DNA from: an uncultured Desulfobacteraceae bacterium
GTDB lineage: Bacteria; Desulfobacterota; Desulfobacteria; Desulfobacterales; UBA11574
Direction: 5' to 3'
NCBI GenBank assembly: GCA_964410925.1
Contig: CAYPIW010000086.1
Location: 17,605-81,604, forward strand
DNA: 64,000 bases
The notes under the pieces: model-generated
What the model saw: only the letters and a program-made list of their open reading frames with translations
Databases searched by the model: none
What the model was told of the DNA's origin: nothing
Made by a program: the position numbers and the translations under genes
Shown here: in pieces, positions 1-10,070 of the stretch
How positions within the stretch are numbered: the first letter of the stretch is position 1
Layout: each line of letters starts with the position of its first letter

Positions 1-55
1 TTAAATAACGGGACTGAATAACGAATTCGCCGCAAATAAGGAGTTTTTATATCTT

Positions 56-361
56 ATGCAAAAGAGAACTAATGAACGCCATAAATGCGAAGCCTCCGTT
101 ATATGCAACTGTTTCAATAAAGATAAAACCATTAAGGCCACCATGCTTAACTGCGCCGAAGGCGGTATGTATTTCGAGTCCAATTCATTTTTCAAAGAAG
201 GAACCAATATTTTATTCAAGGTGAAAACCTGTTCCTTTGATACTTCCGCACCGGAAGCGTATAGTGGGCTGCGCACCGTATCGCTTGCTCAAGTAAGATG
301 GTGGAAGGAAATGAGCGACCAGGACGCCTCTCGTTTTGGTATTGGCGTGAAATATTATTAA
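56..361 (+). CDS. PilZ-domain-like small protein (possible c-di-GMP receptor)
   Basis: 101-aa ORF with a basic N-terminal stretch (KRTNERHK) followed by a beta-rich segment (NCAEGGMYFES). This is PilZ-like by eye only. The overlapping minus-strand ORF 1..276 is judged spurious. Confidence 0.4.
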   Translation: MQKRTNERHKCEASVICNCFNKDKTIKATMLNCAEGGMYFESNSFFKEGTNILFKVKTCSFDTSAPEAYSGLRTVSLAQVRWWKEMSDQDASRFGIGVKYY

Positions 362-508
362 CGTCTTTCATCTTTTTATTTTCTACGCGCCAAGGGTGTT
401 CCATGGTTTACGCCCGGAAGGACGGCCTCTGTACCACCTTTCCACCCCGTCGACATAGCATTTTCTAAGAAAAATTTAAGCCGTATTCAAACACGTTGCA
501 GGAGCCGG

Positions 509-1171
509 CTAACAACACCGGTTTTCAAAATCAGTGATGGTTTTGCAGAGTTGGCGCACCCTTTCCGTGATATCCGCAGCACACGTTATGCCGGTGATCA
601 TGGCCACGCGGCGTGCACCCGCTTTCAGAACCCGACCGATATTATCCGGGTGGATACCACCCATGGTAGTAAAGGGCACCGTGAGCTTCGGCCCGATTTC
701 GGCGATGGCTTCAGTTCCCAGAAAACGGACCGTATTTGCTTTGGTCTTGGTAGGAAAAATGGGACCGATGTTCACGTAATCGGCGCCGTCTTGCTCGGCC
801 CTTAGAGCCTCTGCCAGGTTGTGGCTGGAAGCGCCGATAATCAGGTCCGGGGCGATGTTGCGTGCCGCCTTGATGGGCAGATCTTCCTGACCCAGATGGA
901 CCCCGTCGGCGCCCGCAGCCAGGGCTATGTCCACATGATCGTTGATAATCAAAAGCGCATCGGAACTGCGGGTGCGTTTGCCAAATTCAACGGCCAGTTC
1001 ATAGATATCCTTCTTGTCCCAATGCTTTTCCCTGAGCTGAATGATTTTGGCACCGCCCGCCAGGACCGCCGCCAACACTTCCAGATTGGTTCGCCCTTCC
1101 GAAAGCTCCTGGCAGGTAACCGGATAAATATCGATGGCCTTTAATTTTATCAAACGTTCCTTACGATTCAT
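509..1171 (-). CDS. thiE: thiamine-phosphate synthase
   Basis: 220 aa with ThiE/TenI-type motifs (IIQLREK, INDHVDIALAAGADGVHLGQEDLP). It is the last gene of the thi operon and overlaps the thiS stop by 4 nt. Confidence 0.9.
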   Translation of the reverse strand: MNRKERLIKLKAIDIYPVTCQELSEGRTNLEVLAAVLAGGAKIIQLREKHWDKKDIYELAVEFGKRTRSSDALLIINDHVDIALAAGADGVHLGQEDLPIKAARNIAPDLIIGASSHNLAEALRAEQDGADYVNIGPIFPTKTKANTVRFLGTEAIAEIGPKLTVPFTTMGGIHPDNIGRVLKAGARRVAMITGITCAADITERVRQLCKTITDFENRCC

Positions 1172-1374
1172 CCCCCACCTACAAATCGAATAAGTTCCAG
1201 TTCATCACCTTCTTTCAAGATAACGCGATCAAACATATCCCGGTGTAAAATATTTCGGTTGCGCTCCACCACAACACTGGCAGGAGGCACCTTCAATGTT
1301 TCCAGCAAAGATAAGATATCCATGCGGTGTTCAAGCGCGTGGGGTTTACCGTTGAGCGTGATGTGAATCGGCAT
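1168..1374 (-). CDS. thiS: thiamine biosynthesis sulfur-carrier protein
   Basis: 68 aa ending in ...RFVGGG, the C-terminal Gly-Gly of ThiS/MoaD carriers. It sits in the thi operon. Confidence 0.85.
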   Translation of the reverse strand: MPIHITLNGKPHALEHRMDILSLLETLKVPPASVVVERNRNILHRDMFDRVILKEGDELELIRFVGGG

Positions 1375-1460
1375 AAATAGCTCCTCGTGTCACCCGTGGA
1401 TTTACCGGGTTATCGAAAAAAAACCGCCTGGCTCATACCCACAAAAGAAAGGACCGTATG

Positions 1461-2585
1461 TCAAGGCTGTATGTCATTCAAAAAGCCCGCATCCCAATCC
1501 TTCCAGACCGCCTCGTAACCGTGGGCGGCAATCATGCGGACGACTTGTTTTGGACTGCGAAGGTCGCTGATCTCGAACTGGCCCTCGACGTTTTCTTTTA
1601 CGGCATACCCCCCCGGTGCAGTTTTACTGCCCGCGCTCATTTGGGTAATTCCCAGGGGCAGCAAATTCTCGCGCAGGCTGGCGGGTTCGCGCGTGGACAG
1701 CACCAGGCCTGCATCGGGCATCCAGAGTCTTAACGCGCACAAGAGCTGCACCATATGGGCGTCGGTTACAGGAAATTGGGGTTGAAATCCACCTGCCGCG
1801 GGGCGCAGGCGCGGAAAAGAGACCGAAACGTGGCTTTGCCAGTAGCGTCGTGCCAGATAATCGGCGTGTAACCCTGCAAAGGCGCCGTCCACGCGCCAGC
1901 CGGACAATCCTAGCAGGACGCCAATATTCAAACGACGGAATCCGGCCCGGCCCCCGCGGTCCGGGGTTTCCAGGCGCCAGCGGTAGTTGCGCTTGGGACC
2001 CGCCGGGTGAACCTCGGCATATTGTTTTAAGTGGTAGGTTTCCTGGTAAACGGTCAATCCGTCCACGCCGTTTTCGATCAGGCGCCGGTAGTCATCTGTT
2101 GCCATGGGATAGATTTCAACGGATATGGACGCTAAAAGCGGTTGTAATCTCCGGGCGATACGAATCAAGTAGTCCACCGGTACGTGCTGTGGTGATTCGC
2201 CGGTGAGCAACAGCACGTGACGGAATCCCTGTCGGTGCAGAAAAATTACTTCTTTCTCTACTTCTGCCACGGTAAGAGTGGCGCGGGATATCTGATTGTG
2301 CCGGTTGAACCCGCAGTATACACAGGAATTGGTGCACTCGCTGGATATATAAACAGGAGCGAACATTTGGATGGTCCGCCCGAAGCGCTGAACCGTCAGC
2401 CCATGAGCCACCTGGGCCATTTCTTCCAGAAAACCGGATGCTGCCGGAGAAAGCAGTGCCAGTAAATCGTCGAAGTGCCGAGTCGATGCTCTCAAAGCCT
2501 GTCGAACATCTTCGGCGGTTTTACGGAGAATCGCCGCTTCGATTCCATCCCAACGATATTGAATGATTTTTTCCCAGAAACTCAT
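1461..2585 (-). CDS. thiH: 2-iminoacetate synthase (tyrosine lyase), radical SAM
   Basis: 374 aa with the radical SAM cluster motif [10 protein letters not shown] (CX3CX2C). It overlaps the thiG stop, and its length and context fit ThiH. Confidence 0.85.
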   Translation of the reverse strand: MSFWEKIIQYRWDGIEAAILRKTAEDVRQALRASTRHFDDLLALLSPAASGFLEEMAQVAHGLTVQRFGRTIQMFAPVYISSECTNSCVYCGFNRHNQISRATLTVAEVEKEVIFLHRQGFRHVLLLTGESPQHVPVDYLIRIARRLQPLLASISVEIYPMATDDYRRLIENGVDGLTVYQETYHLKQYAEVHPAGPKRNYRWRLETPDRGGRAGFRRLNIGVLLGLSGWRVDGAFAGLHADYLARRYWQSHVSVSFPRLRPAAGGFQPQFPVTDAHMVQLLCALRLWMPDAGLVLSTREPASLRENLLPLGITQMSAGSKTAPGGYAVKENVEGQFEISDLRSPKQVVRMIAAHGYEAVWKDWDAGFLNDIQP

Positions 2586-3370
2586 GCGTGATTGCTCCTT
2601 AAAAATCCGGTCAGAGGAGAACTGGCTTCCGCCTGCCAGGAGTGTTGGCCCAGGCCTGCCCGATATGCCCGATACCCGGCTTCCACACCCAGCCGGAACG
2701 CTTTTGCCATGCCCACCGGATCATCTGCCGTAGCAATGGCGGTGTTGATTAAAACGGCATCAGCGCCCATCTCCATGGCTTCGGCCGCATGGGAAGGCGC
2801 CCCCAGGCCGGCATCCACCACCACCGGCACCTGTGCCTGTTGGATAATGATCTGAATCGAGTCTCGTGTTTTCAACCCGCGATTGGTTCCGATCGGGGCC
2901 CCCAGTGGCATCACCGTAACCGTTCCCACATCTTCCAGGCGCTTGGCCAGGACCGGGTCCGCATTAATATACGGAAGCACCTTGAATCCGTCTTTAACCA
3001 GAATTTCAGCTGCTTTCAGGGTTTCCACCGGATCGGGCAGCAAATAATGGGGATCGGGGGTAACCTCCAGCTTGACCCAGGGCTCGCATCCCGCTGCCCG
3101 TGCAATCCGTGCCAGACGAACAGCTTCCTCCGCATCCCTGGCACCGCTGGTGTTGGGCAAAAACAGGTATCGATCTCGATCTACGGCTTCCATAAGGTTG
3201 TCCTGTGGATCACTCAAATCCACACGGCGCAGGGCCACGGTGACAATCTCGGCCCCCGAGGCCGCAATCGCCTGCTGCATTATCTGCGTAGAGGCAAACT
3301 TTCCGGTTCCCACCAGCAGGCGGGAACCAAAGGCACGATCCGCAATAATCAGCGGGAGTAATTGGGTCAT
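2582..3370 (-). CDS. thiG: thiazole synthase
   Basis: ThiG-like sequence ([24 protein letters not shown]). The start is placed at MTQLLPL (3370), because the ORF-track start at 3424 would overlap thiF. Confidence 0.9.
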   Translation of the reverse strand: MTQLLPLIIADRAFGSRLLVGTGKFASTQIMQQAIAASGAEIVTVALRRVDLSDPQDNLMEAVDRDRYLFLPNTSGARDAEEAVRLARIARAAGCEPWVKLEVTPDPHYLLPDPVETLKAAEILVKDGFKVLPYINADPVLAKRLEDVGTVTVMPLGAPIGTNRGLKTRDSIQIIIQQAQVPVVVDAGLGAPSHAAEAMEMGADAVLINTAIATADDPVGMAKAFRLGVEAGYRAYRAGLGQHSWQAEASSPLTGFLRSNHA

Positions 3371-3384
3371 GGTTGTCTCCTTTT

Positions 3385-4149
3385 TTATTGGATGAATTTT
3401 GCTGCCCGGCATACGTCGCAACATGGCGGCGGCAGTTCTATTTCCCGAAATACCAAATTCAGGGCGTCGAAGGTCAACAGCCGCCCGAGCAGAAGTTTTC
3501 CGCCGCCGGTCAGGAATTTGACGGCTTCAGCGGCCTGAAGGGTTCCCAATATGCCGGGCACCACCCCCAGAACCCCGACTTGGTCGGTGGAGGATACCTG
3601 ATCCGGTTCGGGGATGTTGCCAAACACGCATCGGTAACAGGGCCCTTGACCGGGTACGATGGTCATGACCTGGCCGAACATGCCTAAGATACCGGCATGA
3701 CAAAAGGGCACCCTGGCATGAATGCATATATCGTTGACCAGAAATTTGGCGTCGAAATTATCCGTGGCTTCGATCACGAAATCGTACTCTTTTACCAACT
3801 CGTGGCCGTTTTTTGCAGTAAACCGCTCGCCGTACGGCTTAATGCAAACATCCGGGTTCAGACGATGCAATTTATCCTGTGCGGAGTGGATCTTCAGCTT
3901 GCCCAGATCCTCCGAAGTATGCAAAATCTGGCGCTGCAGGTTAGACAGTTCGACTCGATCCCCGTCTACGATACCGATAGTTCCTACGCCGGCGCAGCCC
4001 AGATAGAGTAAGGCAGGACAGCCCAACCCTCCGGCGCCTATGACCAGGACCCGACCCTTTAAAAGTTTTTGCTGTCCGGTCATACCGATTTCCGGCACCA
4101 GAATATTGCGCGAATACCGAATCTTCTGGGTTGGGGTCAAATCTTTCAT
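3385..4149 (-). CDS. thiF: ThiS/MoaD adenylyltransferase (E1-like)
   Basis: Rossmann motif VIGAGGLGC typical of ThiF/MoeB, plus CxxC pairs (CYRC, CDVC). The likely start is MKDLTPTQ at 4149. Confidence 0.8.
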   Translation of the reverse strand: MKDLTPTQKIRYSRNILVPEIGMTGQQKLLKGRVLVIGAGGLGCPALLYLGCAGVGTIGIVDGDRVELSNLQRQILHTSEDLGKLKIHSAQDKLHRLNPDVCIKPYGERFTAKNGHELVKEYDFVIEATDNFDAKFLVNDICIHARVPFCHAGILGMFGQVMTIVPGQGPCYRCVFGNIPEPDQVSSTDQVGVLGVVPGILGTLQAAEAVKFLTGGGKLLLGRLLTFDALNLVFREIELPPPCCDVCRAAKFIQ

Positions 4150-4205
4150 CCGATCCTTTCCTGCGGGTTCCGGACAGCGAGGCCCTCGGTCGGCTGCCAA
4201 TTCCG

Positions 4206-5483
4206 TTAAAGCATGATACGATCAAACGTCTTAATCGCGCAAAGATCACCGCACATGGTGCAAACATCCCGATCATGATCTTCGGTCTGCATGCGGCGCT
4301 TGCGGGCCAGATTCGGGTCGATGGCCTGGCTATACATGGTTTCCCAGTCGAATTTTCGTCGTGCCAGGGACATCCTCCGATCCCAGTCACAGGACCCCGG
4401 CAGCCCCTTTTCCAGATCGCCGATATGAGCCGCAATACGCGTGGCCATGACACCGTCATGCACATCCTGGACCGTAGGCAGATGCAAGTGCTCTGCAGGT
4501 GTCAGATAACACAAGAAATCCACACCGCTGGCCGCAGCTATCGCTCCGCCGATGGCACCGACCAGATGATCGTAGCCAGGAGCAATGTCCGTGGGCAACG
4601 GCCCCAGCACGTAGTATGGTGCGTTGTCGCAAACGCGCTTTTGTAATTGCACATCCCCGGCAATGCGTCCCAGCGGAACATGTCCGGGACCTTCGATCAT
4701 TACCTGGACACCCTCATTGCGGGCGCGTCTCGCCAGATCGCCCAAAATCAAAAGCTCTGAAATTTGGGCACGATCTTCCGCATCATGGATGGCTCCGGGG
4801 CGCAGTCCATCCCCCAAAGACAGGGTAACATCATGTTGCCGGCAGATTTCCAACAAACGATCGTATTGGGAAAACAGGGGGTTTTCCTTTTTATTGGCGG
4901 TGATCCATTCGGCGATAAAGCTGCCGCCACGAGACACCATGCCCATAATCCGATTGCATCCCTTGAGGGCACTTAAGCTTTGTCGGGTGATACCGCAATG
5001 CACCGTTATGAAATCGACTCCCAGATCGGCCTGCGTCTCGATTTCCTCCATAAGGTCGTCTGCGGTCATCTGTACAGGAGTTTTGTGATTTGCCATCAAC
5101 TTGCTGACCACTTTATAGATTGGAACGGTGCCTACCATAACCGGGGAGTGTTTCAATATGGTTTCCAGTATGAGGTCTAAATTTCCGCCGGTGGAAAGGT
5201 CCATCACCGCATCCGCACCGGCCGCAACCGCGGTATCGAGTTTGACCAGTTCTTCTTTCAAATCATGGTGGCTCGGTGAAGTGCCGATATTGGCATTCAC
5301 CTTGGTTTTCAATCCCTGGCCGATGCCGCGTGCTTCAAAATTCCGGTTTCGGTTTTTGGGAATCACCACCACGCCGGCGGCTACTTTTTCTCGAACCTGT
5401 TCGGCGCTTAGACCCTCCTTTTGGGCAACCTGATGCATGGCCTCTGTAATCCGATTGCTTCGGGCCGCTTGAATCTGTGTCAT
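4206..5483 (-). CDS. thiC: phosphomethylpyrimidine synthase
   Basis: ThiC-like throughout, with the C-terminal Cys motif CTMCGDLC. The start is set to MTQIQAARS at 5483, which has a GGAGA ribosome-binding site upstream. The 55 codons upstream in the track look non-coding. Confidence 0.9.
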   Translation of the reverse strand: MTQIQAARSNRITEAMHQVAQKEGLSAEQVREKVAAGVVVIPKNRNRNFEARGIGQGLKTKVNANIGTSPSHHDLKEELVKLDTAVAAGADAVMDLSTGGNLDLILETILKHSPVMVGTVPIYKVVSKLMANHKTPVQMTADDLMEEIETQADLGVDFITVHCGITRQSLSALKGCNRIMGMVSRGGSFIAEWITANKKENPLFSQYDRLLEICRQHDVTLSLGDGLRPGAIHDAEDRAQISELLILGDLARRARNEGVQVMIEGPGHVPLGRIAGDVQLQKRVCDNAPYYVLGPLPTDIAPGYDHLVGAIGGAIAAASGVDFLCYLTPAEHLHLPTVQDVHDGVMATRIAAHIGDLEKGLPGSCDWDRRMSLARRKFDWETMYSQAIDPNLARKRRMQTEDHDRDVCTMCGDLCAIKTFDRIML

Positions 5484-5664
5484 TTCATATCTCCGTTCGT
5501 TGCGTTTTTCCCATTTTATGGGATCCGAAGGCCAGGTACTGCATTTTTGGCCTGAAATGCCGGGTTCCTTGATTGTGTTGAGCAGTGAGAAACCCGGGTT
5601 GAATAGAGGTGTTATCTGGTCGGATGGCAAAAAGGCGGCGATCGGCAAGCAAATAAATTGTATT

Positions 5665-5700
5665 AAAAAAAAAGCCGTTTTTTTGAATAAGAAAACGGCA
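5665..5700 (-). terminator. intrinsic terminator (expression platform of the TPP riboswitch)
   Basis: On the minus strand the sequence reads gccgttttcttattcaaaaaaacggc followed by a run of 9 T. It lies directly 3' of the riboswitch aptamer. Confidence 0.65.
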
Positions 5701-5721
5701 TGGACAATAACATCCGAATCG

Positions 5722-5814
5722 CATGCCCGTTTCCCTTCGCAGGTATTACCCTGATCAGGTGGTTAAGGGTTGTCCCTTGCCGGACTCTCAGATGATACCA
5801 ACACCCCTAACGAG
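5722..5814 (-). promoter_or_regulatory. TPP (THI-box) riboswitch aptamer
   Basis: The minus strand reads ggggtgttggtatcatctgagagtccggcaagggacaacccttaaccacctgatcagggtaatacctgcgaagggaa. This contains the conserved GGGGUG, CUGAGA, ACCCUU, ACCUGAUC-GGUAAUACC and GCGAAGGGAA blocks. It lies upstream of thiC. Confidence 0.9.
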
Positions 5815-5983
5815 ATAATACCATTCTAAATCCAACTGATTCGGTTGTCAAGAGATCTTTGTTTAAAGTGATACGACACTCAATAAACTAATTTTGTTGA
5901 AGTCATATATTGTGAAGGTTTGACATTGAACCGTAAATGTTTATTTTTTTAACACTTATCATAAACAACTACAGGAGGAATTC

Positions 5984-8572
5984 ATGCGTTTTGATAAATT
6001 TACTATAAAATCACAGGAACTTATTCAAAATGCCCAATCCATGGCCACAGAACATAATCACCAGCAGATCGAGCCGGAACATCTGCTTTTTGCCATGCTC
6101 AACGAACCGGAAGGAATTGCACGGGCCATGCTGAATAAACTGGGTGTTTCTTCGGATGATGTTTCCCGTGAACTTACCGCAGCTATTGATAAATTTCCAA
6201 AAGTAAGCGGATCTGCGATTGGAGACGCCTTCATATCTCCCCGGACAAAAACTGTTCTGGATGCTGCGTTTACGGAAGCCGCCAAGATGAAAGATCAATA
6301 CATCAGCATTGAACACATATTTCTTGCCATATCAGACGAAAAAAAAGGAGACGCCGCCAAAATTTTAAGGGAAAAGGGAATTTCAAGAGAAACCATTTTA
6401 AAGGTTCTCCTGGATATTCGAGGGACCCAGCGGATTACCGATCCGAACCCGGAAGAAAAATACCAGGCCCTTGACAGGTTCAGCCGTAATTTGACCGATC
6501 TGGCCCGCCTGGGCAAGCTCGATCCCGTTATCGGACGCGATGATGAAATCCGGCGGATTGTCCAGGTTCTGTCCCGGCGTAAAAAAAATAACCCCGTTTT
6601 AATCGGAGAACCGGGTGTGGGAAAAACCGCCATTGTTGAGGGGCTCGCCCAACGTATTATCTCCGGAGATGTATCTGAAAGCCTTAAAAACAGGCGGCTG
6701 GCCGCCCTTGATATGGGAGCGCTCATTGCGGGCGCCAAGTACAGGGGAGAATTTGAAGATCGTCTGAAAGCGGTTCTAAAAGAGGTGGAAAAAGCAGAGG
6801 GAGAAGTTATTCTTTTTATTGATGAGCTGCATACCCTTGTGGGAGCGGGAGCCAGCGAAGGGGCCATGGATGCTTCAAACATGTTGAAACCCGCCCTTGC
6901 CAGGGGAACCCTGCGGTGTGTGGGTGCGACCACAATCAATGAATACCGTAAGTACATTGAAAAAGATGCTGCCCTGGAACGGCGTTTTCAACCGGTTATG
7001 GTGCTTGAACCCACGGTGGAAGATACCATATCCGTGCTCCGGGGCCTTAAAGAAAAATACGAGGTCCATCACGGAGTACGGATTAAGGATTCGGCCATCG
7101 TTGCCGCTGCCACCCTGTCTCATCGCTACATTTCCGACCGATTTCTTCCCGACAAGGCCATTGACTTGATGGATGAATGCGCTTCAAAACTCAGGATCGA
7201 AATCGATAGCATGCCTGTGGAGATAGATGAGATCCAGCGCAAGATAACCCAGGCTGAAATAGAACGGGAAGCATTAAAAAAAGAATCTGATTCTGATTCC
7301 AAAAAGCGTCTTGCCGATCTTGAAGCCAGGATAAACACCCTGAAGGATGAAATCCTTGAAACCAAAGCCCACTGGCAAAATGAAAAGGATCTGATCCAGA
7401 CCATCAGAAAGATCAAGGAGCAGCAGGAGCAATTGGGTATTGAAGAACAGCAGGCTGAAAGAGAGGGGAATCTGGCAAAGGTTGCGGAGATCAGATACGG
7501 GAAGGCTGCGGAACTCAGGAACAACTTGAACCAGGCCAATGAAAAACTCGCCAATCTTCAAAAAAACAAAAAGATGCTTAAAGAGGAAGTGGATGCCGAA
7601 GACATTGCTCAGGTTATATCCAGATGGACCGGCATCCCGGTGAGCAGGATGCTTGAAGGGGAACGGGCGAAACTTATCCGTATGGAAGATCGCCTCGGGG
7701 ATCGGGTAATTGGACAAAGAAAAGCCATAGTTGCAATCTCAAATTCAGTTCGTCGGGCCCGCTCCGGGTTGCAGGACCCAAACCGGCCCATCGGATCTTT
7801 TATTTTTATGGGTCCCACCGGTGTGGGTAAGACCGAATTGGCCAAGGCGCTGGCGGAATTTCTTTTTGACAGTGAACAGGCCATGGTCAGAATTGACATG
7901 TCGGAATTTATGGAAAAGCATGCGGTTTCGAGACTGATCGGAGCGCCTCCGGGGTACGTGGGATATGAAGAAGGGGGATATCTTACCGAGGCTGTCCGCC
8001 GGAGACCCTATTCTGTGGTGCTGTTTGATGAAATCGAAAAAGCACATCCCGAGGTTTTTAATGTGCTGCTTCAGATTTTAGATGACGGACGGATGACGGA
8101 CGGCCATGGACGGACGGTCGATTTTAAGAATACGATTATCATCATGACGTCAAACGTGGGCAGCCGGTGGATTCAGGAACTCGGAGAATCAAGACGCGAA
8201 GAAATGGAATCTAGAATTACCGAAGCCCTGCGATCTAAATTCAAGCCCGAATTTTTAAACCGGATCGATGAAATCATCATTTTTGATAATCTCACACAGG
8301 AACAAATCCGTGAAATCGTCGACATCCAGGTTAAACGGCTGGGATCGCGGCTTGCTCAAATGAATATGGCCCTTGTCCTTTCAGAAAATGCGCGGAATTT
8401 TCTTGCTGAAAAAGGATTTGATCAAACATATGGCGCCCGCCCATTGAAGAGAGCCATTCAAAAATATATCGAAAATCCGCTTTCCATGGAAATTCTTCAG
8501 GGAACTGTTTCAGAAGGAACAAAGTTGAAAGCTGATGTGAAAGAAGATCGAATCGTGTTCACCCCGGTGTGA
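5984..8572 (+). CDS. clpB: ATP-dependent disaggregase chaperone ClpB
   Basis: 862 aa with a Clp N-domain, two AAA+ modules (Walker A GEPGVGKT and GPTGVGKT) and a long coiled-coil middle domain. Confidence 0.95.
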   Translation: MRFDKFTIKSQELIQNAQSMATEHNHQQIEPEHLLFAMLNEPEGIARAMLNKLGVSSDDVSRELTAAIDKFPKVSGSAIGDAFISPRTKTVLDAAFTEAAKMKDQYISIEHIFLAISDEKKGDAAKILREKGISRETILKVLLDIRGTQRITDPNPEEKYQALDRFSRNLTDLARLGKLDPVIGRDDEIRRIVQVLSRRKKNNPVLIGEPGVGKTAIVEGLAQRIISGDVSESLKNRRLAALDMGALIAGAKYRGEFEDRLKAVLKEVEKAEGEVILFIDELHTLVGAGASEGAMDASNMLKPALARGTLRCVGATTINEYRKYIEKDAALERRFQPVMVLEPTVEDTISVLRGLKEKYEVHHGVRIKDSAIVAAATLSHRYISDRFLPDKAIDLMDECASKLRIEIDSMPVEIDEIQRKITQAEIEREALKKESDSDSKKRLADLEARINTLKDEILETKAHWQNEKDLIQTIRKIKEQQEQLGIEEQQAEREGNLAKVAEIRYGKAAELRNNLNQANEKLANLQKNKKMLKEEVDAEDIAQVISRWTGIPVSRMLEGERAKLIRMEDRLGDRVIGQRKAIVAISNSVRRARSGLQDPNRPIGSFIFMGPTGVGKTELAKALAEFLFDSEQAMVRIDMSEFMEKHAVSRLIGAPPGYVGYEEGGYLTEAVRRRPYSVVLFDEIEKAHPEVFNVLLQILDDGRMTDGHGRTVDFKNTIIIMTSNVGSRWIQELGESRREEMESRITEALRSKFKPEFLNRIDEIIIFDNLTQEQIREIVDIQVKRLGSRLAQMNMALVLSENARNFLAEKGFDQTYGARPLKRAIQKYIENPLSMEILQGTVSEGTKLKADVKEDRIVFTPV

Positions 8573-8599
8573 CAGGGAATCAATCAAGGCTGAATGCCC

Positions 8600-8627
8600 C
8601 TGACACCTGAAACCTGACACCTGAAAC
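8600..8627 (+). repeat. tandem 14-nt motif CTGACACCTGAAAC x2
   Basis: Two perfect head-to-tail copies lie just 3' of clpB. The same motif occurs as an inverted pair at 37608-37676. Confidence 0.8.
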
Positions 8628-8666
8628 CCAATAGCCCGGCGTATCATAAGCCAGGCTATTGGGTTT
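8627..8666. terminator. bidirectional stem-loop between convergent clpB and atpF
   Basis: cccaatagcc-cggcgtatcataagcc-aggctattggg forms a stem of about 10-11 bp and is followed by ttt. It lies between two convergent gene ends. Confidence 0.55.
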
Positions 8667-8706
8667 ATTGTTATGAAAAAGATTCGACCGGTTGAAATAT
8701 TAAATT

Positions 8707-9288
8707 CTATTTCACTGAGGTTAAATACTCGGCCGTCAGTTTATCATTATCTTCAGTGGTAATCTCTTTAGGAAGCCTTTCCATTGCAAGATCAAAAGCC
8801 CTGTCGATCAGTTCCGCCTTAAATTTGTTTTTGGCCTTCACAAAATAAGCATCGATTCTTCGTTTTGCATCTTCCAGCATCATCTTGCTTTGATCTTCAG
8901 CGGTTTGGATAATGGCCTCTTTTTTCTGTTCTCCCTGGCGAACAATTCGCTCTTTTAATTCTTCAAAACGGACTTCACTTTCATCGAGAATTTTCGAAGT
9001 CTCCATGATCTTACCTTTAAGCTCCGCCTTCTCATCTTCTATCTGCTTTATTTCCCGAGCCAGATTTTCTTTTTTACCCTGTAAAAAATTCATGAGAGGC
9101 GCTCTGCCAAATTTAACCAACACAAAGGCAAGTATGATGAAATTGATCCATTTTAAGATGATGTCATACGTACTGCGCCAACCCCCTGCGTTTTCAGCAG
9201 CCCAAACGTCTTGCCCGCAAAGATGAAAACTTATAATCCCGGCTAAAAAATAAACACACAGCCACATTGTTTTATCGAACCGTTTCAT
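8707..9288 (-). CDS. atpF: F-type ATP synthase Fo subunit b
   Basis: One N-terminal TM helix followed by a long charged coiled coil. The start is placed at MKRFDK (9288), which has GGAGG 7 nt upstream. Confidence 0.8.
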   Translation of the reverse strand: MKRFDKTMWLCVYFLAGIISFHLCGQDVWAAENAGGWRSTYDIILKWINFIILAFVLVKFGRAPLMNFLQGKKENLAREIKQIEDEKAELKGKIMETSKILDESEVRFEELKERIVRQGEQKKEAIIQTAEDQSKMMLEDAKRRIDAYFVKAKNKFKAELIDRAFDLAMERLPKEITTEDNDKLTAEYLTSVK

Positions 9289-9740
9289 TGAACCAGCCTC
9301 CGATCCAACAAACATTCCATGATATCCACCACCAGAGATTCCGATTTTTTTGGGATATTTTTTCTGGCATCAGAAAGCAGAGTTTCAACTTCTTTTTCAG
9401 CCTTTTGTTTGTTAGCTTTGATCTCCTTTTGGACGGAAGCGTATATCTTAGCGGCATCCTCTTTCCCTAATGCTTCGATTTCGCTCTGTAATTCAAAAGC
9501 CTGAGTTTTTGTTTCCATTTCCTTGGCTTGCAGCTTATCTTTGAGGCCTTGAAGCTCCCGGGTCGCATCCGCAATGTCGCGACTTATCTGATCTATATAG
9601 CTCTCCCTTTCGCTCATTGTATTTTGTAAAGGACGAAACATAATACGGTTAATGATAAACAAAAAGATTAGAAAGGAGATCAGTTGAGCAAACAGCGTTT
9701 CATTTATGGTTATAAGACCTATGTTGCTGATAATATGCAT
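9285..9740 (-). CDS. atpF: F-type ATP synthase Fo subunit b'
   Basis: 151 aa with a single N-terminal TM (LISFLIFLFIINRIMFRPL) and a coiled coil. It is the second b-type gene, directly upstream of b. Confidence 0.8.
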   Translation of the reverse strand: MHIISNIGLITINETLFAQLISFLIFLFIINRIMFRPLQNTMSERESYIDQISRDIADATRELQGLKDKLQAKEMETKTQAFELQSEIEALGKEDAAKIYASVQKEIKANKQKAEKEVETLLSDARKNIPKKSESLVVDIMECLLDRRLVQ

Positions 9741-9769
9741 AATCTGTTTTCCGAAAAAAACTTGAGTAG

Positions 9770-10018
9770 TTAAACAACAAAAAGAAGTAATAAAGCGATC
9801 ACCAGTGAATAGATTCCGGTGGATTCGGAAACCGCCTGACCGACGAGCATCGTTCGGGTCAAGAGTCCCGCTTCTTTGGGGTTTTTCCCGATGGCTTCAC
9901 ATGCTTTTGCAGCGGCCATGCCTTCACCGACTCCCGGTCCTATGGCTCCGAACCCCATTGAAATTCCCGCTCCCAAAAAAGCAGCTGCTTTTATAATATC
10001 CGCACCTTCGATTGCCAT
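9770..10018 (-). CDS. atpE: F-type ATP synthase Fo subunit c (single hairpin)
   Basis: 82 aa with helix-1 motif GAIGPGVGEG and helix-2 ion-site motif GQAVSESTGIYSLV. Confidence 0.9.
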   Translation of the reverse strand: MAIEGADIIKAAAFLGAGISMGFGAIGPGVGEGMAAAKACEAIGKNPKEAGLLTRTMLVGQAVSESTGIYSLVIALLLLFVV

Positions 10019-10070
10019 TTTTATCCTCCTAAAAATTTATGGTTTATTTCGTTATTAAAAGAGATTATCC

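Noticed and set aside
1-276. 91-aa minus-strand ORF at the window edge.
   Set aside because: It overlaps the PilZ-like ORF on the other strand and has no recognisable features. It cannot be supported.
5484-5664. Possible second regulatory element or small ORFs in the 180-nt spacer between the riboswitch terminator and the thiC start.
   Set aside because: I saw only short hairpins (ggcca...tggcc, cccat-aaa-atggg). The two track ORFs there overlap each other and the riboswitch, and nothing is specific enough to call.
6295-6957. Long antisense or alternative-frame ORFs lie inside clpB. Similar ones lie inside thiC/thiF/thiG, the RND pump, the MFP, the liv genes and the caspase genes.
   Set aside because: They fully overlap strongly supported genes. 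They have low-complexity, Arg/Ser/Pro-rich composition and no motifs. Such ORFs are typical shadow ORFs.
8600-8666. CRISPR-like array at the tandem CTGACACCTGAAAC copies.
   Set aside because: There are only two 14-nt units with no spacers and no cas genes. This is a simple tandem repeat next to a terminator.
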